NCBI RefSeq assembly: GCF_009914755.1
Contig: NC_060941.1
Origin: the human T2T-CHM13v2.0 reference genome, Homo sapiens
DNA: 64,000 nucleotides
Reading direction: 5' to 3' (one strand)
Each line of letters begins with the position of its first letter. The stretch's first letter is position 1. Position numbers and translations under genes: made by a program. This document shows, one piece after another, positions 39,700 through 57,836 of the stretch. The notes below the pieces were generated by a model that was not told where the DNA came from, did not search any database, and saw only the letters and a program-made list of their open reading frames with translations.

Positions 39700-41363
39700 T
39701 AGCTCATGGAAAAAGCCCAATCCCAGCCAGGCCGAAGGCTGCAGGCAGCAGAGAAAGAATTTTCCCTATCAAAGTCACAAATGACTGGTGGAGGCCGTGT
39801 CTAGGCTGGGGCCCTGCGGGTTTTGAAAGGAGCTGATCGTCTTGGGGCTAATGATAGCTAAGGTTTAGTTACAGTTACTAATAAAAATGAAGTTTAAATG
39901 GAACAAAAGTACCAGCTGTACCCAGTTATCTGGATTTCTTTATATGGTATCCAGAGTTAAAATGCTTATAATTAATAATCGGTTAGGTTAAACAGTACTT
40001 ACACTGTTATTTTAATCACGGTTTATTTTCATTGAAAAAGCACCCGACATGGTGGCTACTAAGGCCCTGCCTTACCTCTCTTCTTTATGCTTGGGGTGAG
40101 GGCTTTAGGCTTGCCCAGCCAACTCCAAAGCACTCACTGTGGGTCACCCAGGACTGTGGTCCTGGCAGCTCTGAGGGGGGACAGCCAAGCCTTTCAAACC
40201 ATGCTGGAAAATGCCACCTTTACATTAGCCACGCTCTCTAGGGTGGCTCTTGAGGCAGCAAATCCCCAAAAGGGACACATCCCAGCCACTTGGGTAATGC
40301 TTGCCACTTCTGGCCTGGTTGGGGTGGGGGTCTCATATGTCACCCACCCCTTGAGGAAGGCAAAGGGGAGCCGGGGTTTTCCTACCCGGCCCGTCCCCAC
40401 CCTGTGTGGCCTGCGCTGCCCCAAGCCTAGACGGCAGGTCCCTGCATTCTAACCTCCTGGGTAGCTTTTTATCCACCCTGCCCTGCCTGTGGGTCCACAG
40501 AAATGAAGTAACTTGTCCAGGGTCACACAGCTAGCAGTGCTGGGGTCAGGCCTAGAGCCCATTCAGCCAAAAGAACAGAAGCCGCTGTGTGCAGACATCG
40601 GCTCAGTGTTTTGCTTGAAAAGGCCTTTCAGTCTGACTGAGCCAGGACTCCGTGGCTCTGGTTCAAAGACGCCCCACGAGTTGCCGGGGCTCCGTGCTGA
40701 GCAAGTCGAGAGGAGGTGAGAAAGTCAAACAGACTGTCAATGCCGCCTCCCCCGAGCCCCAAAGTGGGGGGCTCCCTCCAAGGAGACACTGTTTGTAGAG
40801 ATTTGGGGTTTCGCACAAGACTGGAAGATGAGGCTCTGCAGATTCTTGATCGTCCGTTGGATGATCCGTTAGCAACCACCCCACCCCGACGAGGAGGCGC
40901 ATCCCAGGGCGCCTTACCAGAAAGCCCTTGGTCCCCTGTCCAGCGTGGCTCCTCTCCTTCAGGAACACACGCACCTACAACAAGCCCGCTTCCTTTCCTT
41001 CTCCTTCCTGTGACAATCCAGGTCCTCGGCAGTATGGCTCATCCTCACTGCTGCCCCTGCTCCTCATCCTCTCAGCCCTTTGCACCTCCTGTCTCGACGC
41101 AGCCCGTTTCATTCTTCTAACTCTGCTTCAAGGGCCTCGACATCCCAAGGCTAGCCTGGGTCTGCATGTGTTGGCAGCTTCTCTGGAAGCAGGGATCAGG
41201 CTCCATAGAGACAGGAGAGCCCTTGTCCTGGGCCCTGGTTCAGGCTCACATCCTCACAACAGTCTGTCCTATTGCACTAGGTGGAAGCATGGGACAGGAT
41301 CCCCAAGATGTGGACTTGGAGGCATCTGGCCCACTGGGCCTAGACTTGGGTTGGGGAATAAAC

Positions 41364-41614
41364 TTCTTTTTTTCTTTGAGACGGAGTTTTGCTCTTGTTG
41401 CCCAGGCTGGAGCGCAATGGTGCGACCTCGGCTCACCGCAACCTCCGCCTCCTGGGTTCAAGCGATTCTCCTGCCTCAGCCTCCTGAGTAGCTAAGATTA
41501 CAGGCATGCGCCACCATGCCCAGCTAATTTTGTATTTTTAGTAGAGACGGGGTTTCTCCACATTGGTCAGGCTGGTCTTGAATGCCTGACCTCAGGTGAT
41601 CTGCCCACCTCAGC
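41364..41614 (-). mobile_element. 5'-truncated AluSp/Sq-like
   Basis: gagttttgctcttgttgcc and ggtttctcca...tggtcagg diagnostics. Confidence 0.92.
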
Positions 41615-43011
41615 CAGAAGGAACTTTCTTTCAGCGGAGCCAAGCAGGGCGCTCTGTGCTTGTGTGTGCCAACTCACTCTGTCCTCGCAGCAACCCTGTG
41701 AATAGGAAGGACACCTCATCTCCACGCCCTAGACAAGGGAGCAGAGGCAGAGGAAGGTAACTTGCCCACGGTCTCTGAGCTGGTAAGTGGTGTGGCTGTC
41801 ATTAGGGCCGTTCACTGCATATTTCAGGCTCTTGGCCTTCCAGACACTTCCTGGTCCCCTCGTGGTGAAGCAGGCCAGGTGATGAGCTCTGGCCAGTGAG
41901 CTGTGAGCAGAGGCAATGGGTGTGCTTCTGGGCTGCACGTGTCACTGCTGGCGTGAGAGCTTCCAGAGCTCCCTTGTCCTTTGCCAGAGAGACCACGGTG
42001 GCTTTCCCATCTGCCTGGGTCAGAGCTGGGCAGGTGTCTGGGCTCCTAGACCCCAGGTCTTCCCGGGACCCCTGGAGCCCTCAGTCCCTAGGAAATGACA
42101 TTACACCAGGCTACACGTGGCTCTCTCTCTGGTGTCTCTGTCCACAGGGGGTTTCAGGTCATGCCCTCTTGAGCAAATCCACCAGAAACTCACCTGCTGT
42201 GAATCCCCTACCTTCTTCTCAGTGAAATCTTGTGCTTTGGAAATCACCCATCATCAACCCTAATTCTTTCCCCTTTCGTCCTGGAGGGCAGAGCAAGGCC
42301 AGCTGGCCTAGCCTGCTTTCCACACGTATAAGAGAGAGCACATGGTGCTTGGCCCCCTGACCCCTGCTAACACGAACTCAGCCATCCATGGGCCTGGCGT
42401 CCTCCGCAGGCCTGCCCCATCCGTCTGCCCTTTCTGAGACACACACACGTACACATGCGCTGCGCACACTCAACACACAGGGCTCTGTCGGAGCCAGGTG
42501 AGGCGCCACGGTAATCTCATCCCTCTGAACCCTCCACAGTGCTTTCCAGCCCGACCACCTCCTGCCCCACCTGCCTTATTCCACAGACTTGATTCTGGCT
42601 GCTTATAAAGATGTGTCAGCCCTGAAAGATGAGAGTTGATTGTCACCAAGGAGATGAAAAAGAATGCGCTTCCAGGGCTAATAGCAGTTCCCACAGGAAT
42701 ATTTTTGTGAAGTGGAGGCTGGCACCCCTAGGAGGAGTGCTGAGCCTGGCGGGGTGACTCGGGTGGGGCAGAGCAGCACGGTGGTGGTTACACACTCAGA
42801 CACAGGCCTGTGTGGCTCCTCCGCACAGCCCTCACCTCACTCCTTCCCCGCTACCTGGACACACGTGGCCTTGAATATACACCCATTTCCTACACAGACA
42901 TGTGGCTTCCACAAGCAGGCCAGACGTCAAGGTTTCAAACTGCCTATTAATCCAGTGTCCCCAGGATGCCCAGAGTACTGCGGGGTGGCCAGAACCCACT
43001 GGCCACCATGA

Positions 43012-43575
<564 letters not shown>

Positions 43576-43643
43576 TCAGTTGGTCGGCCAGACTGCAACA
43601 ACCACGATAGCCACAAGCAGCAGTAAAATCACCATGATCATCC
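43576..43643 (-). CDS. STX8: Syntaxin-8 terminal coding exon (C-terminal transmembrane anchor)
   Basis: Minus strand reads ctgctgcttttttccAG|GG ATG ATC ATG GTG..., giving (G)MIMVILLLLVAIVVVAVWPTN-TGA, the STX8 C-terminus. Confidence 0.95.
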
Positions 43644-44863
43644 CTGGAAAAAAGCAGCAGAAAATACTACTTTTAATGATTCCTACCAGAAAAGCATCAC
43701 ACATTCTGAGTGTCTGCAGAGACTCAGAGGGATGTAGTTCCCTCTGAGCCTTCAGTTTGTACGAAGTGGAGAGAGGTGGTCGGCGGCCTGGGGCGCCGCT
43801 GCTGCTACACAGCTCTGGCTTTGCAGGATGCTGAGTGCAGAAGGCAGGGGCCTGGGTGTGGCCAGGCCCCCCCAGGCAGCACTCAAGCCAGGAGGGGGTG
43901 AGGCCCCTAACTCTAGCATCTGTGTACACCTTGGACCACAAGGGAGGGCGCAAGCTGCTGACGACAGCCACCCTCACTACCCAATCAGATTATGCATCGA
44001 TGACGCATTGATAAAGCAAAGGGCTTAGGAGAGCATTCTAGAACCCATTTCTCCATTCTCCACATGGCTTCACTTTGTGTTCTTGAGTCCAAGATCCTTA
44101 AGTCACCCATTTGTAAAAATATTCACCGATAGAGGTGCTTGTTTTGATATATACTTTTTCTGCTAGTATTTGCTAGTTTCATTTCCTGACGTTTTTGGCT
44201 GGAGAGCACAGGCCCTCCTAGCCAGCCCATGCTGGGTGCCACTCTGCCTTCCAGCCCCGCCCTGCCTCCTCTGGGTCGTGTGTCTGCACTGACCATTGCC
44301 TGTTCCTTCACCTGATGCTGATGAAGTGGGCCCCACAGAATGCAGCCCTCACTTAGTGCAATGAGCTCACTGTCTCCCATGTTCGCTTGCCCAGTATTTA
44401 ACGAGTGTTTACCACGTGCCAGGTACCAGCGGTGACAAGGTATAGCATAACAGAGAAGGGGCGCCCTACTACAAAGTAAGCACTCAAGAAAGGTTTGCTC
44501 ACTGAAGAGTCCTTGAGCTGCCAAGGCCCCACGAGGGAGGTGGGTAGCAGAGGAGGAGAGGTCCATGAAAATGCTTCAGAAAGTAACAGGGAGAGCCACG
44601 TGTGCAGGGTCACATGGTTGCACAGCCATCAGGACTGCTGAACGCCACGGTAGTCTGTGGCATATGTTCGTGAGCAAAGAAAATGCTAAATTTCAATTAG
44701 ACATTTGTGAACATAAGAGTCCAATTTGCTTTCCGGTCCAAGTTCACAGGCTTCCCGAATCCCCTCCACAGATCCTCAGGGTTCAATGTGGATCAGGCCA
44801 TACCAATCTTAAGCTCAACCCATGTGGGCACTGCACCATGGTTTTGAATATTGAAGAGACTTA

Positions 44864-45639
<776 letters not shown>

Positions 45640-45798
45640 CTAGGGCAAGCTTCTTTGTCATCTACCTGTGACTGTGGTTGCATTTTTCTGATATGGGCTC
45701 TTTCTCTGATGATCCAATCTTTTGAGAGACGCTTCTCTTGGGGCCCCAAGGTTTCTCCCCCGTCTTCCTGTAGATGAAAACCTCATCCTAGTCTACCT

Positions 45799-45995
45799 CA
45801 AGGCTCTGCCAACTTTGGTTCATGGGCCAAATCTAGCTGTGCTCTGTTTTTGTGCAACCCATGAGCTAACAATGGTTTTTATATTTGTAGAGGGTTGTCA
45901 AAAAGGTAAAAGGAGGAGATGTGACACCGTCTGTGGTCTGCACAGCCTAAACCGTTTACGACCTGGCCTCTTCCAGAGGCTTGCTAGCTCCTGCT
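45799..45995. mobile_element. MER58-like MITE
   Basis: gggccaaatctagc...ccatgagctaacaatggtttttatattt...cagcctaaa. Confidence 0.6.
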
Positions 45996-46174
45996 CTCCA
46001 TCATCATGATGATGACCCACCTGCAGCATCAGTTCGCCCACTTAGGCGCTGGCCTTCAATGCGCTCTTCATTTCTTTCATCTAGGGATTTCCTTTCTTCC
46101 TTGTAAATTCAGCCCTGCATTAACATTTGTGGGTGGGTGGAGTTACACTATTTTACCTCACATTTCAAGATGCT

Positions 46175-46196
46175 TGCAGCAAGAAGGCAGGGGTAG

Positions 46197-46244
<48 letters not shown>

Positions 46245-46333
46245 ATCTTAGTCCATCTGCAGTGAGAAGGTAGGGATACGGGTGTGTGTGTGTATGCGTA
46301 TGTGTGTGTATGTGAGAATATCTTAGTCCATCT
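46175..46333. repeat. Tandem duplication containing a (GT)n microsatellite
   Basis: gaatatcttagtccatct occurs at 46241-46258 and 46316-46333, each preceded by a GT tract. Confidence 0.85.
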
Positions 46334-47029
46334 TCTTGCCAGAAGCAGAAGAACAAATCTTTTCACTGATTTCTGCTCCAGAAACATCTTCAGGTTGACC
46401 AAAAGCTCCCCTGGGCAGGAGCTTCACTAGTTCTTGGTTATTCTGGTGCCTGTGTGGTGATCAGCTGAAGACTTGGTCCTGGCTGGGTGAAGGTTTATGT
46501 TGCGCAACATGAGGAGAAGATAACGAGAATGAGGAGGCAGGCACAGGCTGGGATGGGGCGAAGGGGCAATCCCTGGCACTCCAGGGCCTGGGCTCACCCT
46601 AAGATGACAGGGAGGGGCTGGCAGCTGAGGAGATGAGGGAGAGGATGAGAGGTGTTTTAGGAAGAGGTACTGCTCCTGAAGCTCCAGTGGGATCACAGTT
46701 GGGAGGACACTTGGGCCCAGAAGCTCCATGCATCAAGGCAGGCTCCACACTGAGGCTCTGATGGCCTGGAGCAGAGGCCAGTATGAATGACCGTGAATTG
46801 TCAAATCAGGGTGATTATGAGAAGAGCGGAGCAAGTGACAAGAACAAAGAAATCAAGAACAACAACTGATTGGGAAGAAGAAAACACACATCTGGTTTTG
46901 GTTCATACACCCGGAGCGTGAGGTCCAAGGGAAGAGGCCTCAAGGCATGCGCAGTCACTGCCATCCCTGATTTGGCTCCCTGCAGTGAGGGACTGCTTTC
47001 CCCGGTCCCTGCTCCACGATGGAACTACA

Positions 47030-47895
<866 letters not shown>

Positions 47896-48222
47896 TTGGA
47901 AGGGATAAGAAGAGTCAAGAGAGGCATAGAAGGAGTGGTCAGCAGAGAGGGAGAAGCTGAGAAAATGTGGCAAGAAGGCCAATGAGTAAGAAAATTCAAA
48001 AAGTGGCCAATGCCAACCCACAATACTACAGAGACAAGATAGAAGAATGCTCTTCCACAGAAGAGCTGCAGAGACCTTTCATAGTACAGTTTTAGCGCAT
48101 GGTGGGTGGGTCTAGTGGAACTATTATTAATACAGTGGTGGCTAAGCTGCTAATTTTTCTACCACAGATGCTGTGAATTAGACAAACTGTGCCCCAGGAA
48201 AGGCATGACAGGGCACACATTA

Positions 48223-48702
<480 letters not shown>

Positions 48703-50706
48703 TTATATTTTAAACCCTTTCAGAGCAAACAGGGGGAGACTTTAAACAGGCTTAAGTAAACTGGTATATACTGAGGGTCAACTGAGGAGGTCGTTTTAAG
48801 ATGGCAGGTGACAGCGATAAGCAAAAGCCAACTGCTGTCTTTTGGATTCTTTGGGTCAAAGAGAAGGTGTTTATCTACCTTAGCACGGCAATCCTTTTTC
48901 TTTAAGAAGTTTGGCTTTCTTCGAATGTGATCCCAGCTCTGGCACCTTTCTGAATGGAGTTTCTCTCCTCTGAAGGATGTTTCGGAATGAGTAAGCAGGG
49001 ATCTTTTTGAAGCCAGGGAAAGCTGAGCCACACCGTTCATGAAACAGTCATGCGTGCCAGGTTTGGCACTAAGTGCTATGGGTGTATTACTTGGTTTAAT
49101 TCTGCACAGTAAGTAACCCTCATCTCTGTTTTATATCTGAGGAAGCTGGGGTTCTGGAAGGTGAACTCTCCTACCTAAGGCCCTCTGGCGGGTAAGAGGA
49201 AGAACTAGAATTGGAATCCAGGTGGGTAGGACCCCTCTGCCCACACGCTCGCCCTTGTCTACACCAGTGGAGCTTGAGTGGAGGCATCCTGATTCGAGAC
49301 AGTGTGGGGGTCCCTCGGGGAGAGAGGCTCAGACTCACTGGGGTTGAAACACCGGGATCAAGAGTTTCTTCTCTTTTCATCCTCTTCTCTTTCTCCCTCC
49401 CTCCTTCCCTTCCTTAACGTTTTATGATGGAAAATTTTAAACATATACAAAAGCAGACCGAAGGGCACGCAGAACAGTGATGAGCCCATCCGTCAGCTTT
49501 CGCAAGGATCCATTCATGGCCTGTCTGGCTTTATGCAAACCCTCACCTGCTCCCTGTCTCCTGCATATTATTTTGAAACAAATTCCAGACATAGGTCATC
49601 TACAAATATTTCAGTAAGTATCACTAAAAGGCACCATTAAAAAGACACACACACTCCCCCACTACCCACATAACCACAGAGGGTCTGACGGTTCCTAAAG
49701 GCAGAGGCAGGGAAGAGCTGGCAACTCTTCTGATGTAGGAAGGTGGCTCCAGTTTCAGGGGCGCAGCCGACCCCCCTGCCGGAGGGACATGGGACCTCAC
49801 ATCGTACTCGGTCACGTGTGAAAAGCAGAACTTCCTTCTTCTGCCTCAGAATAGTTCTTAAACCTCAGGGGGGTCTACTCATCCATTCCCCCAGCTAAGG
49901 AAATGTTTGACATTTCAGAACAAGGAAAGACAGTTGAACTTCTGGGAGGCTGCCAACTTCTTAAACAATGAATGCTCTCTGCCCCCAACCCTAGCACAGA
50001 ACACCTGCTGCGGCTCCTGACTTCGGGATCGTTTCTCTGCGCTTCACTCAGCTCCTGCCCTGGGCCCGCTGGCACCTGGCGAGGCAGATTTTCCCTTCCA
50101 ATACTCAAGAGTCCCTTTCAGGGGCAGGCATGGGATGCCAGGGTTACAAGAGTGGAAAAAAATGTCCATTTCCTTTGGTCAGTTTACCAGATGAGTATTA
50201 CTCAACCACTTACAATATTTACAAGTCCAGCTCATGGCAATTAAAAAAAGATGTAAGAAAACAAACTCCTTTTCAAACTGGGAGAGGATATTAAACACAG
50301 TCTCTCAGGAATGGTGTTTTCTGAAGACTCGTCATCTGGAGTCATGGTCCATACTTTTTTCCAGTGAAACACTGGAAACGAGCAAAATACGGAGCTTGTG
50401 CTGCCAACGCCCCTGCCACAAGTTGGGTGTAGGTAACAGCTCTCAGTGCTTACTGACATGGAGGAGGAGGGGAAGGAGGAGAAAGAATCTGGAGGCTGAC
50501 TTTTCGAGAGAGTGTGGATCTCTGTGTTGGCCACTTCTGCCCTGTAGCTGCAGGGGAACGTGGCAAGTAGGCTGATGGGAAAGCAAGAGGCAGGGAGGGG
50601 TGAAGGGCGCTTTATCCAGGAGTCTTTTTATCTGGTTTTGTTGCAAGGAAAGCCGCCTTAGCTGCCTACTACTATTTTGGTTGTCTTGAACCAAAACACA
50701 TATTCT

Positions 50707-51039
<333 letters not shown>

Positions 51040-52936
51040 TCACACCAGAAGAGTTAGGCCAACTGGCAACCCACACGTAGCTACTAAACTTAAAGATGAA
51101 CAGAGGACACTTCTTAGGGACAATTCCTAAAGTTTGTTTTATTTTTTTGGCAGTTGTGCCTGTCAATAGGTGACATTTGCTTATGTATTAACCAGTGATC
51201 AGTCTCACTGTTCAAACAGACTTTTCACGGCAGACTCCTGAGCTGAGGTGGGGAATAAGCAGGAGAAGAGACAAAACTGGAATATTTATCTTCAAAAGTT
51301 CATGTAAATGTTCCCTTTAATCCCACGACTGGGCAAATACACGAAGAAAAGAGTAGACGCCGTGCAGAGAAGGTGAGCGTATTTACATTCTGATTTCCAG
51401 ATTGAGAGGCTGGAGAATGGTGGCTATGCTTGAGGTCTCTGCCCAGACCTGCCCACTCCAGGGGCTGTGTGTGCTCTGCTGGGGGACCCAGAGTGTGACA
51501 CTAGCAGCCTTCCTACAGCCGCTGCTCAGCTGCGCCAGGGGAAACCAGGCACTGGGGGTGTGGAGAGGAGGACCTACCTGCCTCTGATCACACCCCTCTT
51601 GAATCTATCTTACCCCACAGTTCTACATTTTAATTTCCGCCGAATAATGCTTTCATTAAAACACTGGGCAAAAGTCATCTCTGGTTTTCTGAGTTTGTTT
51701 TGTTCTTAGCCTGGCATCCAACTCAACTCTGCAGGTTTTTCTTTCTCTGTATTGTGGGCCAGGCTTCCTCTGTGGCTCCAGGGGGTTGCATCTGACTCAT
51801 CAATGGAGTCTCTGCCCGCTCCCCTCTGAGTGTAGCCTCAGCCCATTTTCCACCCGCCCCAGGGCAGGGCCGAAGCCTTGAAGGCTCATCCTCTGTATTT
51901 CATGTCCTCCATGAAGACTGCTCAGCCCGTACACAGCCAGCTTGTCCTGGAATCCGAGGGTATCTGCAGCAAGGCCATTGCTCTTAAATGACTCCCTTCC
52001 ACCTTTGGTTCTTTTTTTATTAATAATTCCTTCCTCAGGCCATAGAATCTCCAAAAACAGATCAATGCAGTCTGGTGCGGTGGAAGGGGTACTGATTTTA
52101 CAGTCAAGAAGACCTGACTTCTAATCTGCCACTGGTATACTATGACACGTTGGGAAAGTTTAACTCTGGAGCTCAGTTCTACCATCTCTGAAACAAGACT
52201 GAAAAATCCTGACTTCACAGGCTTGTTGTGAGGATTTCGGAAGATACAGTACATGAAACTTCTAGAACATAACTGGCACTCAATAAATGGTAACTCTCCC
52301 AACAATAATTATTACTCCTCGTAATAATTACACCCTGCCTGAAACGGGTGCCTAGTGGTCGCAGGTGCTCCGTAAATGTCCTGCAACAGAGCCAGTCTCT
52401 CAGCTTAACAACAGAAATCAAATGTCACTCTCTCCAAAAGAGAAGGAAGAGTAGCAAAAACAGAGGAACACCTGGGTGGCATTTAGTGTAGAAACAGAGG
52501 GAGCAATTCTCTCCGAGGCCCGGCGGTGATGAGGGCGTCCGGGAAAGGTTGGAAGTTCAGGGTGGAATGTCTGGCAGCCTCTGTGTCAGTTATTAGCTAC
52601 AGGAAGGGCAGCTGTGCTGGGCGGAATGCTGGCGGCGGTCAGCAGGCAGGCAGAACACAGCCAAGTGGACACCAGGTGAGAGGAACTGTGAAAGGCCCAG
52701 ACTTTTTAAAAGCCAGTGAGGAAGTGGAGGTCAGAGCAGGGGTCACAGGACGGGGTCACAGGCAGGAGGAGGAGAAGGTTAAAGCAAACCACAAGGAGCA
52801 CCCGACTTTATAACACATTCAGCTACGCGGGAGAAAAGGTGGAGAGGAACCCAGGGGCCCCTAGGGGAGCCTGTGCGTCTGGCCATGCTGCATAAATAAC
52901 AATAATAATAATGACGATGAAAATAATAGTCATAGT

Positions 52937-53786
<850 letters not shown>

Positions 53787-55530
53787 TCAGCCCTCTCCCC
53801 AGAAGGCCAGGCCCCTACCTGGAGAGAATTCACTCCCAGCCTGAGCTGGTGCCCAGCACCGGGCTGATGAGGCACTGCTCTGCAGGAACACAGAAACGTG
53901 GAAAGAATCAACTGGAAAGAAGGCAGCAACTGTCGGAAAAGAGAACGGTGTGAAGAGAGACATCTGGGGGCCAGAGGGAGCAAGAGAATCAGGAGAAGGT
54001 GGCCTGGAAGGGGTGGGGGTTGGGATGAGAGAAAAAAAGGACTGGTCTAGAAGCAGGAAATTAAAAGGAATGAAGACTGCAGGTGACGGGGCAGAGAGCT
54101 GGACGGCAGCCTAGTGAAAGGCAGGTTCCTGGGATCTGGGGTCTAGGATCCAGGCATGAGCACCTGGCTGGGCGTCAGGTGGCCGTGGAGCAGCAGTCAC
54201 GGCCACAGGACTCTGGTGAGGCCGCCGCTTGGTCAGTGGAGACCGCATGTGAGACCTCACGGCCCGGCCAGGGCGAGTCAGGTCAGAGTGGCTGGTGAGG
54301 CTGTCCCAGTGCTGAATAGCAGCACTGCCCTGGTAAGATTTACCCAAGAGACTTAGACTCACCCACACTAGAACTGATCTCTTATCTGTTGAGTGCCTAC
54401 TGTGTGTCGGGTCCAATGGGTGCAAAGACGTATACCTGGCTCTTCCTGGGTCTGCGGGTCTCATGAGAAAGGCAGAAAAATCAACCCTATCTCTACCCAC
54501 GCCCAACACAAACACGAAACTCTGCAGATGATAGCCGTTCCTTAGAGGGAGTGTGTAAAAACTCTGCCGCTATTGTCGCTTCCTGCACAGAAAGTGCTGA
54601 ATAGTTTGTAGGCCCCATCTGTGTTCTTAAGGTGTTATTCATTTCCCTTCCCTGAAATAAGCTCAGCTCAGCAACTGCCACAAGTCAAGGGCAGAATTCA
54701 ATTGTAAATAGATAATCCTTCATATCAGCCACCAAGAGCAGCAGGTTAGGAGTTGTCAAGCCAATAATTTAATGCCAATTCTCTGGCACGTCAATATTTG
54801 CTAAGAAATATCCCTTCATTGTGCTGTGTGTTACCCCTGGGAATGTGAATCTGTCTGGAGTCTGGCAGAAATTCAAGTGTCTTTGAAAAGACAGTCAGGA
54901 ACTCTGTTACGGATATCTTGTTTTGACAATTCCCTCTTGACTGTCGGAAGATTCCTGCAAGGTTCCAGTCAGGCTGTGGATTCGGCATTACAAACCCCTC
55001 CGTTTGTCCTATTTGGATACTTTACCTGGCACCAATTAGGGACACCTGGCAGGGCGACACCAGGGTATTACTACCAAAGTTCTACAAAGGCAGGGCAGAG
55101 AGGCATCGCTGCTACCATAAGGCTTTGTCAATACACCAAATGCTTATCTCATTTGTTAAAAGGAAATCATTTGACCAACACGCAAAAGACTATGGGGTAG
55201 ATCTGAATTGAGCCCTGCGTTCCATACATCGAAACAACATATTCCTGGGGTGGCCCAGTAGCCGTGTCTGTTCAACTTAACCCTGCCTCCATACGCACAG
55301 CTGATGCAACAGACCTCAAGTGAGGCCAACAAGGTTCTCTTCTCCAGGGATTTTGGATTTTGAACTGAGCACAATTGGGGTTCAGTCACAGTAATGGTAA
55401 CACTCGAGGGGTGGGCCACAAACTTAGCTCGGGAGGTCCCAGGCCCTGCCTTTGCTCAGACTTGTCTTTATACTTGGTTGGCTCAATCATCCCTCGGGTT
55501 CCTGCAAATAACTCAACATCACTCAAATAA

Positions 55531-55877
<347 letters not shown>

Positions 55878-56137
55878 ACAAATTACATGTTTTTTAACCT
55901 AAACGAGCCAAAGTCATCTCTGCTTATTTGCAACCAAGATCTTTTAGCAGAGTGATCAGCAAAAATCACCAGTTGTGTCTAGTTAATTGGAAAAACATAA
56001 AAGTCATATTAGCATGCTTTTGCTTTACTACTTTAGTCTTGAAAGGATAGTCCCAAGATGTTGCCTCTGAGGACACCCCGTCTGGGTTGCATCTCCTTAC
56101 TCTGAAGGGGCTAAAGTCCCAACAGAAATATCTGTTG

Positions 56138-56485
<348 letters not shown>

Positions 56486-56499
56486 TATGGAATTCTAAT

Positions 56500-56810
56500 A
56501 TAAGTAGTATCTAATGACTAGCTTTTTTCACTTAATTTGTCTTAAATGTCTTTCACAGAGACCTACCTTTAATCTTTTTAGTGGCTGCAGACTATTTTAT
56601 ACCTTAATTTGTTCAAAAGATACCCTGTTACTAGACTTTGAGGTTATTTCAAAATTTTTGCTATGAAAAGGAATGCTGCAGTAAACATCTTTGAACATAA
56701 ACCTTTGTGCACGTGTACACGAATTTCTGTAGGATAGATTCCTACATATGGAATCCTGGGGCAAAGAGTATGTGCATTTTTTATTTTGATAGTCTCGCTA
56801 ATTGTATTTT
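56500..56810 (-). mobile_element. L1M 3' fragment
   Basis: tttttgctatg...aatgctgcagtaaacatc...atttctgtaggatagattcct. Confidence 0.7.
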
Positions 56811-56824
56811 CTGACGGCATTTCT

Positions 56825-57642
56825 CTCTCCCAAACCACATACTCTTCATATGATGTGACTTTGACATTGCTCTCATCAAGAGGTAGGACCTGGGTCCCCT
56901 CCCCTTGAACCTGATAAGCCCTTTGTGACTACCTCACCAACAGAATATGGCAGAAGTGACACTCTGTGACTTTCGACTCTGGGTCATAAAGATTACACAC
57001 CCTTCCACCTTGCTCCTTCAGGATAGTCACCATGTGAGTAGTTCAACTGCTAGAAGGCTGCCATGCTGCAAGGAAGCCCAATTAGTCCAAATGGAGAGAC
57101 CACATGGAAGGACCCTGAGATCATGAGAAGACAGAGAAAAGAGATGCCCAGCCAGCCCCACTGGGTTCCAGCTTCACCACTATACTGACTATATTACAAC
57201 TGCATGAAAATCTTCAGCCAGAGCCAGGCAGCAGAGCCCTTTTCAAATTCCTAACCCACAGAATTGTGAAGTGTAGCAAAACAATTGTTTTACATTGCCA
57301 AATTTGGGGTGATCTTTTACCTTTTTTGAGACAGGGTCTTACTCTGTCGCCCAGGCTGGAGTGCAGTGGCATGGTCACGGCTCACTGTAGCCTCCACCTT
57401 CTGAGCTCAAGTGATCCCCCCACGTCAGCCTCCTGAGAAGATGGGACCACATGTGCATGCCACCATACTTGGATAATTTTTAAATTTTGTGTAGAGATGA
57501 GGTCTCCCTGTGTTCCCAGGGCTGGTCTCAAACTCCTGGGCTCAAGCAATCCTCCCTCCTCGACCTCCCAAAGTTCTGTGATTACAGGCATGAGCCACTG
57601 CACCCAGCCTGATTTTTTAAACACAGCAATAGATAACCAGAA
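56825..57642 (+). mobile_element. MLT1-family solo LTR with an AluJ inserted near its 3' end
   Basis: ccaacagaatatggcagaagtgac...gggtcataaa; the LTR terminus acagcaatagataacc resumes after the Alu. Confidence 0.75.
57322..57609 (-). mobile_element. AluJ
   Basis: Antisense, J-type (ctcctgggctcaagcaatcctcc). Confidence 0.92.
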
Positions 57643-57836
57643 TGGGTAGGTTCTGCCAAACTGCAAACAACAATTCTCAGTAGTAATATAAGAACAAGAA
57701 GGCAAATCCTTTTCTGGGCATTTCTAGTGAACTAGTAATGCTTCATGTGGTTTTAAATTTTCAAGTAGAAAAAGCATTTAAAACAATATGCATATATCAT
57801 AGTAACTTCGGAAAGTAAAGAAGATGAGAAAAGAAA

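Noticed and set aside
43644-43977. N-terminal part of the 133-aa minus-strand ORF
   Set aside because: Intronic; the STX8 exon begins at the acceptor at 43643.
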